64,000 nt of DNA from Rhynchobatus australiae (GCA_034780895.1 JAUZTB010000087.1:62670514-62734513); one strand, 5' to 3'. Positions 1 through 13,593 are shown, counted from the first letter of the stretch. Program-made: numbers and translations. Notes: a model not told the origin generated them from the sequence alone.

Positions 1-135
1 AATCAAAAGGGAAAGTTGATTGGCATGTGAGAACAAGTTGCAGGGAATAAGATGAGAGAGAAAGGGACTGACAGGGTTTCTTTACTGAGTGCTAACATCG
101 CCTCATGGGGCAGAATGAACTTGTGTGTGATAATG
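1..135 (+). mobile_element. V-SINE (HE1-like) 3' tail fragment, degraded
   Basis: Resembles the 3' portion of the V-SINE copy at 52640-52785 (ggagttgat-ggcatgtgaga...cagggaataag...gggactga). Family recalled, not aligned. Confidence 0.45.
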
Positions 136-144
136 TATGCTGGT

Positions 145-257
145 ATGATATGGGGACAGGGCAGGAAAATAGTCTCCAAGGTGGAAGATCAGCCATGACT
201 TTATTGAATGGCAAAACAAGCTCAAAGATCCTGCTCCTAGCTCATGTTCTTATGCTC
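145..257 (+). mobile_element. CR1 (HER1-like) LINE 3' end
   Basis: gatcagccatgactttattgaatggc...ctgctcctagctcatgttcttatg matches the chondrichthyan CR1 3' UTR and tail as recalled. Confidence 0.6.
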
Positions 258-627
258 AGAGAAAACAATCAGTGAAGCAGTACCATATGAGAAAATTGAA
301 TAGTTTTGTAAAGCTTAGCTTTCTGTTGTAGAAGACATTATAGAACATCAAAAATTGAAACCTGTTTAAATGAACACTAATGAAAGGTAAAGAAAACCTG
401 CAGAAGATGGACATACTAAGATGCATTTCAAAATATACAAGACCCATTCCAATGTAATAAACACTTGCACTTCATAAACTATGCACAATCTTCAAAGCAC
501 AAAATGCCTCTCTTTCAACTTAAAAGATGGAACACAACCTGAGCATACATTCAAAATATTTAAGCTGAATATAGTTTCCGAGTCAGAAGATCTTTTACAA
601 ACTGTTTCCCATTTCTTGATTTCATAC

Positions 628-951
628 TACATAGGAGGCAGTCATTTGACCCATTGAGTATGCTGGCTCTCAAGGAGTTCTCATCAATCTCACTCCCTCA
701 CTTACCCCATTTTCTCTCTCATCTACTGCACCCTCTCCTTCCACCTGCCATCCACCAACTCCAAGGACAATATATAGTGGCTAATTAACCTGTCAACCAA
801 AATATGTTTGGAACATGGGAGGAAACTGGAACATTCAGGGGAAACCTATGTGGTCACAGGGAGAACTTGCAAACTCCACACAAACAGCACCAGAGATCAA
901 GATCAAATCCCAGTCATTCAAGCTGTGAGTCATGATGCTATCCACTGATAC
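628..951 (-). mobile_element. V-SINE (HE1-like), near full length
   Basis: + strand tgggaggaaactggaacattcaggggaaacctatgtggtcacagggagaacttgcaaactccacacaaacagcac is the reverse complement of the V-domain; degenerate tRNA-derived head at the right end. Confidence 0.85.
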
Positions 952-2214
952 TATATTCCATTTCGTTTATGTCAGTATCAGGATTTAAATTAAGCCTGCA
1001 GTTGCCTCCAAACAGCATTGTAGAAAAGGTACACCGGAAGATTTTCAAGAACCCACCAGATACTATTGGCCATGTTTAAGGTGCTNNNNNNNNNNNNNNN
1101 NNNNNNNNNNNNNNNNNNNNNNNNNNNNNNNNNNNNNNNNNNNNNNNNNNNNNNNNNNNNNNNNNNNNNNNNNNNNNNNNNNNNNNNNNNNNNNNNNNNN
1201 NNNNNNNNNNNNNNNNNNNNNNNNNNNNNNNNNNNNNNNNNNNNNNNNNNNTTATGAACTATTAGTTGTCCTCTGGCTTTGTTCACTTATACATTTCTCC
1301 AACCGGATGAATTTTAGAAAATTGCTTTCCCTTATTTATTCACTAATAATGAATCACTGTGCTAAAAGTGAAGTACCACCTGTAAGGGCCACAATATATA
1401 AACAACTAAAAAGCCAAAGTTTAAATGGCTGGTAAGAGCCAAATTTTTATTTCTCATGAATAACTGATGAATTTTTCTTGCAGAGTAGATGACTGAACTC
1501 CTCAAATGCACAATTTTTCCATTCCGAAGCTACGTTCACACAGCAAATTTGCATTTTAAAAATAAGTTTGAAATTTGCAGTGCTAGAAAACAGGACGATG
1601 TAGAACAAATTTAAAAAGGAAGTAACATTGCTTATTCCCTGAAGTACTGTCACTTCAAACATTGCTTTTCCTGTCCTAAATTTCCACTTCCTTGGAGAAC
1701 ATCACCCCCAGATAAATCAAATAAAAATACTGAAAATCATAAAGCATTCTTTAGTTTCCCCTTCATTGTAATTCTGTTGTTAACCAAGTCAAATAATGAC
1801 TGATGAAGCACAGAGGAAAATACAATACATTTAAAGGAAGATTTCAGCAATGGACATTGGCTATCCATCCCCTTGCCCAACAATCATTCCTCAAACACCA
1901 ACAATCATGTTCATTTAAGCACTGAATGTAGGTTATATATAAATAAAAGATACTAAAAGTAACAAAGATGTGAGGTAAAGAACTTCAAAGGATGGTAATC
2001 AGATACACTTATTAAATTAATCCTATTTCAAGATCGTGACAATCCCACCATGACATGAATGATCTTGCAAATTTTTCATATAGATTTTGTGGTATAGCTT
2101 TACAGACAAACAATGGAACCTTAGAGATCGTGGACTCAGCACACCATTCCATTGGACCACACAGTAAGAAATGATTCCATTCACAAAGGCTTTCAAGATA
2201 TCAAAGTGTTGTTT

Positions 2215-2310
2215 CTTACCTGATAGAGGATTGAAGGATGGTTTAAACGAGCATCAGGTTTCACACAGAACAGAGCACATGAAAATAAGGGAGAAAAACA
2301 GAATTAGAGA
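2215..2310 (-). other. Candidate recursive (AG|GT) splice site with branch point and pyrimidine tract
   Basis: Minus strand: ctctaat, then tctgtttttctcccttattttc...ccatccttcaatcctctatCAG|GTAAG; no AG on the minus strand from 2310 to 2222. Confidence 0.35.
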
Positions 2311-5300
2311 CTTGCTCCAAATCCTAATTAGTTGCCATCTCCTAGAAGAGAGCAGTAATTAACCCAATTTCTACATATATCAGTTGACTCACAATCCTAT
2401 TAAAAGAAATCACAAACTAGTCAACTGCTATGTGGAGTAAGATGAGCTTCCCACTTTGTGTGCAGAAGAGAAATACCAAATTCTTTATGCACAAATTAAA
2501 AATGTTTTGCATTCAGCCAACACTCACTGTCTTGGCTAAGGCATGAAGAACAGCCCCTTGGGAATGGTACAAGAGGACTACTTCCAGCTGTGGAACTGAC
2601 TGTCAACATTCGCCTGGGCCTTAGCAAGAGAGGGGAAAAAAGGGAAGAAAACTGGAGAAATAAGCATTTCTACAAGCTGCTGCATCATAATGCCTCAGTG
2701 ACATCAGCCAAATGGCTGTGACCAGTCCCTGTTTATTAAGTAAAACAGGGATCAGGGCAGGGGAGAGGAGGGAGTGAAGAAAGGGGAAAGCTTTCTAAGC
2801 ATTTGATTTACCAATGCCTCTGACAAGTCAACTGATGTAGTTACAATGACCAGCCAACTTTAACACTGCATTGCAAGGGAGGTGACTTCTATAATGTTCC
2901 TCAGCTGTAATGACAATTCAAACCTGCACCATGCTATTCATTGAGTGACAAACCATCACACTCAGTTGAATTAATTTAATAACCTTTTGGATGCATAAAA
3001 ATGTAATAAGGATAATGTAAGCAGTGCTAAAAAAGATAAGTTATGTACTTCTGTCTTCACCCTGTTCTGTTAGAAAGCATCATATACCAATACTGTCAAT
3101 GAGTGGGTCACCTGACCACAGAGCTGTCTTTTTTTTATGGTGGCACTGGCGGTCCCAGAAGCCATGTCTGTAGTGACATTTCAATACAGGAGCTCACGTT
3201 TCACAAAGCAAGTTAACAGAATGTCACTATAGCAGCACTGCTGAAGGACAGTTGATTAAATAGGGTTCAAATGACTAATAAAATCATACACATTGGAATG
3301 AAATAAAAACAGATTGCAACATCGTCCAACAGCACCTTGACCCATATTAACATACAGGGCATATAAACCCGGCTCAAAGGTACTCTTTCTTGCCCATTCA
3401 CTCTGAAACATCAGCCAGTCATTTGCTTTTTTTTACTTTCCCTATTCACAAATGCTAACCAGTCTACTCTACATTGCAAGAATATTCAATTTTTATTTGC
3501 ATATTTGAGCTTTAATTCACCTTACTACTTACTATAAAAATTTTTGCCAGTGCCTTAAATCTGAGATGCAAAATATGTTCAATTCACAAGTTCCTCCCCA
3601 CTAATCACTCATTAAAAGTTAGTTGTTCAACAGATCAAGTAGACAGAGAAGAAGAATCAATCTGCAAATGGCAGATAATTAGAATTACATCATTCTTGGA
3701 AAGTTATCCTTAAAGTATTGAAATGGAACAACAACATCATTGTTCAGTTATTGGTTTGAACATGTAGAAAGGTAACCCAATATGACTTGAACTTCAAATC
3801 TCCTCACACTAACTGCACCAAGTGTTTCGTAATTGCTTACTCCCCACCTTCCAATCCCCAAAACATAACCGAAAGCTATACCATAATATTTGCTGAACTA
3901 CCACACAAAGCTGGATAGGTCACCATTGTTGTTTCAAAGTTGACAAATGTTACTGATCCTAAAACCCAAGACCAACTTTTCTTTTGATACTACATAGTAA
4001 ATCAATATGCTGTCATTGCTCTTGGGGGTGGAGAAACACTTTAGTTCTCCCTATTGGAGCAATGAGAATTAGCAGTCTCTATATTAGTCAATTACTGCCA
4101 AACCTGATATTCCCATCCAGAGCCCACATACCCTTGATTTACAATAAAGCAAATGGTTGGAAATCCAGAGGGAGAATATGATGGACTGCTTCCCCTCCAT
4201 ACCCAAAGGATGCTGAGGGCTTTGAGATCACCCAAGTCCAAGTCCAAACTGAGGCCTTCCTGACCTTGAAGGGTTCATTTAAAATCCAGGAAAATCTACG
4301 CTGGGAAACCAAATATTGTTCATATTTAATCCAGCAAATAGCAGTCAATCACTTAATTCCTCAGAAACCTGAGTCACAAAACAACATACAGAATAATACA
4401 CCAACTGAAGAGATTGTTTTGTTTTACAAGAAAGTTTAGAAATCTCCAGACAATTCAATGGTGCAAAAGGACTAAAGCTAATGAATGCAATAGCAACTGA
4501 GTAGAGTAACTGTCTTAATCTTAACCATGCCATCGGGAAAAAGCAATTTTTCTCCCAAATCAAGGAAGCCAAGCCTTTTCAGAGATAAGAATCACTGCAC
4601 CCACTCAAAAACTATGCATGCAGCTCACACTTCCTGTCCAGCATATTTCCCACCCGTAAAAATGCCAATCTCCTTCACACAAATTGGTGATATGATTAAA
4701 TAGTTTGTTTTTCCAGAATAATGCCTTCAAGGGCTCATATGCTTAAATATGCTTGCCACACCCTATCACAAAAGCTTTTATAATGTTGCCAATCGTTTGT
4801 ATACACCCAATATAATCTACTCCAACAACTTGGCAATTGCACATAAACAGGGGACTTAGCCCAAGATCAAGCACACACTGGCAACTTCACTTTACAGGGC
4901 AAATTTACTTTCATACTGCCAATCAACTTTCACCAAGTCCAACCAAAGCACTGGTCAGCCTCTTCCATTTGCTGACATTGGTTTGCTTAACACACCAATG
5001 GATTGGGAGGATTTGCAGAACATAACATTGTTGGCACAGTGCTTTGAGGTTGTTTATCTAGGTTGCCCATGTCTTATAATCAGAGGCAAGGTACTGGGTT
5101 CCACATCTTTGCCTTCAATCACACTTCCGAGTAGGCCAAAGGATGCTCTGGCATTCTGAAGTCTGATTATTTCACCATCACTGTGTTGAGGCATAGCCAC
5201 CAAGGTATTCCTTGATTACTCCCAACTTGTGNNNNNNNNNNNNNNNNNNNNNNNNNNNNNNNNNNNNNNNNNNNNNNNNNNNNNNNNNNNNNNNNNNNNN

Positions 5301-7287
5301 NNNNNNNNNNNNNNNNNNNNNNNNNNNNNNNTACTTCCAACTTGTGCAACAAAAACACCACACAAAACCCCATTGCAATCATGTCTGCTGTATGAATAGT
5401 ATGCAATCATGTCTGCTAAATATTTCACAAGTCACAAACAAAATGATTACTTGGCAACAATTTAGCAAGGATATCGAAGATGAGGCTTTACATCGCGATC
5501 CAGGTTTTCTCAGGGCTTGTCATGCACCTTCAGTGTAGGGATGTAGTGCTGAGAGGCAAGGACAGGATGGCAAAGGACCTGTTTTCTTGACATTTAGTGT
5601 AAACCCAATTTACTGAGCCCTCAGTTAATGTCAATGAGGCCTTCAAACTCAGTCTCTGAAAGTGCACACTTAAGCATCATCTGTGTACTGCATAATAAAG
5701 CAGAGCAGCAGCAGCAGACACCAAGCAGATGCTGCAGAGTCACATAGGAATATGGGTTGCACAGGAGCTCCCTCATGGCAGCAGAGGCAGTCAACAGCAA
5801 ACCTCTACCCACCCGCAAGGAAATGGTAACCTGGGAGCAAGTGTGACTTGGTACTGGGACCAATAGGAATATCAGAGCAACTGAGCTGCTTCACACAGGG
5901 GCAAAGGAGAATGGGCCACTTTGAATACACTAAAAACTTCTAAAGTCTGCAGCTCAAGGGCCAAAATGGCATAAAGGGAATACTCTACCAGAGAGGAGCT
6001 CTGCACCTGTGAAGAGAGGCAAATCTTTTGGTTTGCTCATTTCTCAAGGATGGCCTGTGCACAAGAGAAGATCGTGCCACTGAAACGTATTTATCACTGG
6101 ACAGAAATCTGAGTTGTAAGATGGACACAATGTACCTTTTCAATGCTTAATGTTCCAAAATCTGGATCATACTTACACGAGTCATCTATCCTTTTCTTTT
6201 TTGTCCTGTGCACTGCCAGATTCAAATCAAATGAAGTGAAGGAAGTTACATTAAGTAATTTCCTACTGGAACTTTATATCTATGAATAAAGAGGTAGGGA
6301 TTTATATTCCTGAAATGAAACTTTTGGCTTGTCCAATTTACTCACCCAATTTCTTTGCTTTATGTGCAAGATCTTATTTTCTTCTTGCATATTGTGAGGG
6401 GAAGGAAAGGAAGCAGAAATGAAACATGCAAAGAGAAAGATTAATGAGGAAAATAGAAAGAGCAAAGATAGAAGGTGAGAGGCAAAGCGAGCCCTTGGCA
6501 TTCTTTGTTCATTGCTTTATTACACAGAATTCCTCCTGCTATCTTCTATGTTCATTTAACACAGCATACTTGAAACACAAGAAGTCAAGAAAATCAGGTT
6601 TCATTTAGGGCTTTCATAAGAACCCTGTGGCTTTTGTAAGAATAATCTATTTGTAACAAAAATTTTGGAGAGACTCCACTGACTCATGTAGAATGAAAAG
6701 TAATCTAACAGAAAACAGTGAAAAGTATGGATCTTGTGTGCAATCCAAGGCAGACATAAACAATGACTTTGCTTGGACAGCCAGCATGGACCTAAAAGGC
6801 CAAATAACATCCTATGTCATACCAGAATACAAGAAATAATAAAATGATAAATTTCTGACTTTGAGAACAAAAGGAGTGTGCTGATGGAACAACATTCTAA
6901 TTGCAACTACATGCCCATCATGATCTCATGATGTAGGCAATGATGACTTGACAACTGGTTAGAATGAGGTGCTTAAGAATACCAATATCACAGCAATTCC
7001 TTTATGCTAAAGAAAACAGTTAATATTCAGCCCATAATGACAACATCCACCCTTTAGTACACAGCATTCATTTAGCAAACAATTGCAACTGGGGTTTTGG
7101 TATGTAGTGTTTTTGGTGCATAAGTTGGAAGTAATCAAGGAATGATTTGCTTCCCCTTCTGAGGTCAAGTTACTTGGAGCTGCAAATGAAAGGCTGAAGG
7201 GAAGAAGCCCTACAGGTATCACAGTTGTTTCACAAGCAGATGATTCACCAGATGATTTTGAATGTAGAGAGCTGGGGCAACCTTCAG

Positions 7288-7460
7288 AATCATAGAAAAT
7301 CCATGAGATAGGAGCCCATTTGGCCCATTGGATCAGTGATAGTCAAGGAAGAGCTACTGGACCTAATCACACCTTCCAGCAGTAGGTGCACAGCTCTGCA
7401 GTTCATAGCTCAAGTCCTGTTTAAATATAACAAGGGCTTCTGGCTCTAACATACCTGAAG
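7288..7460 (-). mobile_element. CR1 (HER1-like) 3' end fragment
   Basis: atcatagaaaatc...gcccatttggcccattg...cctaatcacaccttccagca is the reverse-complemented CR1 tail; same pattern at 8805 and 36988. Confidence 0.6.
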
Positions 7461-8804
7461 GTAGCAAACTTGGGTCTGGGGCTGGACAGAGGGTAGAAAA
7501 AAAACTACTTTAAAGATTACTTGGGGACAGAGGAAAGGGAGAGAAATTGTAGTTCCTAGATGGTTGCAGCAGAGTGAAGAAAGAGACCAAGTTCCAACGC
7601 TTCACAATTCACAAAAAAAAGTTACTTGGCAATAACATAACAGAGGTGTCAGAGAAAAAGGTCATGATCAAACAAGGGCAATATTGTTTATTTTGTCTAA
7701 GATCTTGCCAATACTTTGCTTCAGCACTGAGTGTTACCAAAACCTAGGCCAGCTGCTTGTGCTTTGGGAAACAAAACCATAAAATTAGCCCACAGTGAAC
7801 AAAACACAGGCTAATTAGTGCATAAATCCACACTGACAAAACTCTTAATATGGCATTTACAGACACCTCAGCAAATTCCTCCTTTCTAGATTTGACCCAA
7901 GGCTCAAATGACTCATATTAACAAATAATTCACTGATCTTTCTATTGCAGGGGAATGCAGCTCTATACAATCAGCAATGAAAATAAAACCAAAGGAATCT
8001 TTAATACTGGCAATGGAAGCAGAAAATTAAAATGTTTTATTTTCTTATTTCCCCAATGCACAAAATTGACCAAACCAACATTTAGGTACAGCTTCATCTG
8101 AGCTACAGGGACATGCCTAAGGAAATGCTCGGCTTGAAAATGTCACAGCAGAGCTGGGATCACAACAGATATCAATACAAGCTTAAGACTAAAACAAAAC
8201 ACTGCACAATTTCTATCAGGTAGTGCCCCACAAAGAAAGAGAGCTTGCACATGTCACGCTCTGTGTTAAATGAGAAGATACTGTAATGAATTGTCTTCAG
8301 CAAGTGTGAACACTGTGGGGAAATAAAAATACCCACAATTATATAATGTGCAAAAAAGGCAGAAGCAACTGCAGTGCAACACATCGAATGCTTTCAATTT
8401 ACAAAGAAATGCAAGCAATGGAGCTAAGTGCTGATGGCATTGACACAATCATTGCCAATTTGAGTATGAACCTTATCTAAACAAGATAATTCAAGTCTTG
8501 ACACATTCCTAGAGTTCAAGGACATCCATGATGTGCTGTAGGTAATCTGATGCATGGTTAGTGCCAAAATCTCACTGGACTGAAAGGAAATCCTGTGCTG
8601 CCACCAAGGGGCAGTTCTTCAGATTACCACTTGGAATTTGTACTCTGTGAATTTCCATTCACAAACCTTTTGACCCATTCCTTCATTTGACAAATCACTA
8701 TTCACTTTCCCAACAAACAAACATGCAAGGGATTTTCCAGTCAACAATGATTAAACACTCTATTCAGACTGGTCTTTAACTCTTCACTTTATGTGGAATG
8801 GAAG

Positions 8805-9650
8805 TCATAGAATTCACAGAAAAGTTACAGCAAGAGGCCACCGTTTGACATATCACCCAAGTGCTGGTGGTGAAAGGAGTTACCCAGCCAAATCCCACTT
8901 TCCAGCACCAGGTCACGGCTCCTCATGTGCACATTCAGTCACTTTTTACAATATGCTGAAGGGTACAGCCTTTATCAATCATTCCAGGTCCCCAACACCC
9001 TCTGGGTGAAATAATACTTCCTCATTCCTTTCTAGCAACCACCTTAAATGTATGCCCATTTTATTAAGGGAAATAGGTACTTCCTACATTTTTTTTCTAT
9101 TTTGGTCTCAATTTTATACACCTCCATTAAGTCTTCCCTCAGCCTCAGCCCCAAAACAAAAACCCAGCCTGTCTCATCTTTCTTCATGGCTATAATTTTC
9201 CAGTCCTGGCAACATCCCCTGCACTCTCTCTAGTGCAATCATATTTTTAATGTAATGCTGTGACCAGAACTATATGCAGCATTTAAGAGACCAACTCATG
9301 GGCATTGTCTAGCTCCCACCCCTGGGGGGNNNNNNNNNNATAGCTACCAACCATGACCCCCCCCCCCCCTTCTCTGGTATTCTATCCCTCAGCTAATGAA
9401 GAAAATCATTTTCCATCTCTTTTTAACCACTTTATCTACCCTTAAGAATCTGTGGGCAACACTCCAAGTCCCTCTGTGCCTTTACACCACCCAATACCCT
9501 CTTGTTTGTATTCCTTTGCCACATTGCACCTCCCCAAATGTATAACCTCTCATTTCTCTGGAGTAAATTCATTTTACCACTTTTCGCTCCAGTTGGCCAA
9601 CCATCAGCATCCTTCGGTGTCTAAAGCTTTCCTCCCTACTGTCAATGTAA
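8805..9650 (-). mobile_element. CR1 (HER1-like) LINE 3' fragment, degraded
   Basis: gtcatagaattcacaga...aatcccactttccagcacc...tgaccagaactatatgcag...cacctccccaaatgtataacctctcatttctctggagtaaattc: reverse of the CR1 ORF2 C-terminus and 3' UTR. Confidence 0.75.
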
Positions 9651-11229
9651 AGCCAATTAAAATCCAATCTGAACCTGATATCAACACAAGTTGAATTTTA
9701 CCAGAATATACACCCAATCCCAATACATATAGTCTGGTGCTGTTAAACTCAGGTAGCCAGGGTCTAATGTGAAACTTTTCAATGACACTCCCTCATCCCC
9801 AAACCCCACCCACCCAAATGAATGTATATTCAAGTCAGAAATCTAATCATCATTCATTCAATATGAAGCAGTCAACACAAGAGGAATATTGGGTGCAATG
9901 TGATCAAAGGCAAAAGCATCTTTCAAAAGTCTTGAAACATTTCTGTTTCAGGGAATGTACCCATCGATAGCATATTAGAGTTTGCATGCCTGTTAATGCA
10001 TCTTTGAGTTTGTTACATTTTGACCTAATTTCTGAACTCTTTCTGGAGACATTTTGTAACCATTATTCCTTGTAAAATGCAGGCATCCTGGAAAATAAAA
10101 GGTATTTGCAGGCATTAATCAAGGCTTTACATCTTCAGTTATTTCCCACTCTATCTACATCAGGATTATTACAACAGAGTAAATGGCAAAAACATGGTTG
10201 CCTGCATTAAAATCACAATGTTGAATCATGAATGATTCTGATCATGTGAACTTGGATGGAGTTGATAAAACCCTCCAGAAATAGTATTATATAAATAAAT
10301 ATTCTGATTAAATCAATCCACTTGCATCAATCCTATTTTTCTAAAAACTCAGCTAGACTCTGATAAAGTTCAGCCAGAATTGTCCAACAGTGGGATTTTG
10401 GTGCAATATCAATGAATTAATATCTCTGACGTGATTCCCATTTTCTTCCATGTCCTTCTCCTAGTCTGGATTTCTAAAATATATACCAAATAATCCCTTT
10501 TCATTTGAAGAAAAATCTTTCAGCCCCAACTCCTTCGTTCTCAGCCCTTGCATCTATGTATACCTTTCCTTTGCCATCACTGTCATCCACTCTCTCGTCT
10601 TTTCCGCGACACATAAATAACTTGTAGTCCATTAATTTGAATCCTTGATACATTTTCCCCCAATTTACAGCCATGAAATTCCTGTTAAAATAACTGCTTC
10701 CAGATACCCTGATTTGTTTACCATTGCCAAAATGATGTAGAGGACAAGAATGGAGCAATAACTTTCCTCCATTCAACACCAAAGGATCTGGCAATTATTT
10801 TACCCTGTTTATAATAATCAAGGCCATAAACTTTGGCTTTCCAATGAAAAGCCAAACAGAATTGTGCAATGCAGCCCAACAGTAAACACACCAGAACTTG
10901 TGTAACAAACATTGTGGCTTTGATAAATGTGACCCAGCACTTGATGTTTACCTGAAGTAAACTCTTCGTGAACATTCTTTCATGGGCAATGCAGTCATCT
11001 TACAAGATTCAAGGTACAGATACTAATTTTTTTAGCAACTCTTGTCTCTACTCTGCACCCGTGATCTGATTCAAAGTGGGAAACCATTTGGCCATGCTGT
11101 TAAAATTCTGCTTGTGCCCGTCTGATTGAGAGTGTGGGGGACAGAAACTGAGGTGTGTTGCTTAATACACTGACCCCGGAACTGCATATCATCCACTCAG
11201 CACTGGCACTGGATACAGAGCTGGTTTAC

Positions 11230-11690
11230 TAGGATGATATGAATGAAGGGGTTAGAATTCTCCTCCTTCGAGCAAAGAAGATTAAGAGATCTAATGGATG
11301 TATCCCAAATGAGAGGTTTTCACTGAACAGGTCGAGAAAACCTGTTGATGGGACAAGTGATCAATAACCAATGGTCATGGAATTAAAAAGACTGACAGAA
11401 AAATGAAGGGAGAAATAAGTTCTATATCAGTTCTTCCTCCATGAAAAATGAAGGGAGAAATGATGACTTCTTCACGTAGATTGGGTAGGTAAGAACTAGA
11501 AATACACTATTTGAAATGGTGGCAGAAGCGGATTCCACAAGAACTTTCACAAGTCAACCGATACATACTGGAATTCAATAAGCTTGCAATATTGGAGATG
11601 AAAAGCCAGAACGTGAAATTAAATAGGCAGTTCCCTCAAAGAGCCGCCATAAGGATGACCGGATGAGTGTCCTTCTTTTATGCTTTGTAG
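11230..11690 (+). mobile_element. CR1 LINE 3' fragment, degraded
   Basis: ttctcctccttcgagcaaagaagattaagagatctaat (FSLE-RRLRGDL-like), ttcttcacgtaga, gtggcagaagcggattc. Confidence 0.65.
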
Positions 11691-13593
11691 CGCAGAAAAT
11701 GAAACGATGGTACCAAGCCTCCTGCATTACCAACAGACTTACTCCATCAGTTCAAGTACCTTAGAATCTCCGGTGTGATGTCACTGATTACTGATGATAA
11801 TACATCTCCAGTCACATACAATTCCAAGTGTTGAACAGTTCTAGCAGATCCCTGCCCTAAATTCTGATTCCACAAGCAAAAGATGCAGTTCTGAAAAACT
11901 TTTAGTCTTGAAGTTGAAAATTGATGGAGAGAAAAGAAATCGGAAACATTAGGCAACACAAATGGTGCTGGAAATAGTCATGTGACGCAAACAAAACCAG
12001 CGCAGTTAAAGGAATTTGGCTTCAGAATAAGCATGAGAAAATGCAATTTCTATTTGAGTTTCGATATGCATATTTCATGATTTTCACTTGCACATTATAC
12101 TAAAGATCCATGGACAATATAAACTCAACACTGCCACCTAATTCAAAAAGCACACAAAACATATTCAGATACCTAAAATAACAGAATCATGCAGCACAAG
12201 GGGATATCAATTGGCCAATCAAATCGCCAACTGCTTTTTCAAAGAGCTACCCTGTTACTCAACTGAGAATAAGCACTTATAAAGCACCTTGTAACTGCAG
12301 CAAGATATTCCCTACAAAATAACCCAGAGTATTATCAAATAAAATTTGACACTAAGCCACAAAAAAAAGTGATTCTGCAGGATTATTAAATGCCANNNNN
12401 NNNNNNNNNNAAATGCCAGGCCATCAGTGTTCACCATTAGATTGCAAAAATTGAAAGTCTGGAATTTCTGCATGTTAGTTGCAGAAATCCCAAACTTGCT
12501 GCCACTCCTTTCACCCCTCTCTATAGGTTCTGCTGCTTTGCAGTTTCCTTCATATGAATCAACAAAAATTAATCAAAATAATGAAAAAAAGTATTCTGCA
12601 CACCAATAGCACTGTAAACCCCCGAAACTGGTTCTCATGTTATGAGATTTGATAGTTTTTTTAAAAATCAAATGATGTGCTAAACCATAATTATTATTTA
12701 GCAATCATTACAGACCTAATGAGTAATTTTTAGATAGTAATTTCATTTTACAAAATATTATGGATTCTGACTTCTTATTGTAAAAAAAAGTATGGTAATT
12801 CAGCTTTACCTTAATTGTATGTGTTCTAATCTTTATTTTGCACTTGACAAAATGGTTAAGTAATTAGATAAAAAATTGTACAACCTTCTAAATTTTTGTC
12901 TGCAAATTATTCTGATTGGCCACTGAACTAACTATATTGATGTCACTAGACATCATCACTGAAGCCTTATTTTTCCCCCACCCTGGCCCCCCCCCCCCAA
13001 CTGCAGATTCTGTAACATGGGTGTGGAGTAGCAGTGACATGTGGCCCGGTGGTTGCAAACTACCCAACAAAGTAAGCTATTACTCGCTGCAAACATGCTC
13101 AAAGATCAGTTTAGTATCCATATAGAACAAACCCTTTTAATTAGTGAACTCACTACAACATTAACAATTCTGCCATGGGAAATGTGCATGTCAGATCAAA
13201 TGTGATGGGAAACTCAAAGTTACAAGTCATTTTTACCTGGATTAACCACTGATGAAAAATATATGATTAACCAACCAGAACCAAGAATATCCTAGAAGAT
13301 TCAAGTAGGTTCACAAATTACTCACTTATTCATTCTTCAAATGTTCAAGTGCATTACAGAGAAACTTAAGTCCTCCGCCCTGGAAAATTAACATGTTATC
13401 TTGGTAGTGGATATTTTGAAGAAAGAAGGATGCAGGAAAAGAAACACATCTTAATTGTAGGTGTCTTCACTTTTTATCTATCATTGAAGACACAGAAAAC
13501 CAATAGATTTCTTCAAGGAGAATAAGAGAAAAATATCTAGCTGTAGCAACTGAAAATAGCATTGTTAATGAAAGCTACCAGTGGCATCACCAA

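Noticed and set aside
7807-7820. 14-bp match (cactaattagcctg, reverse strand) to the minisatellite unit
   Set aside because: A single AT-rich 14-mer match between a 340-bp array and 64 kb on both strands is plausible by chance.
10501-10975. 97-aa and 85-aa minus-strand ORFs in unique sequence
   Set aside because: No recognisable domain and no convincing paired splice sites; lengths are compatible with chance.
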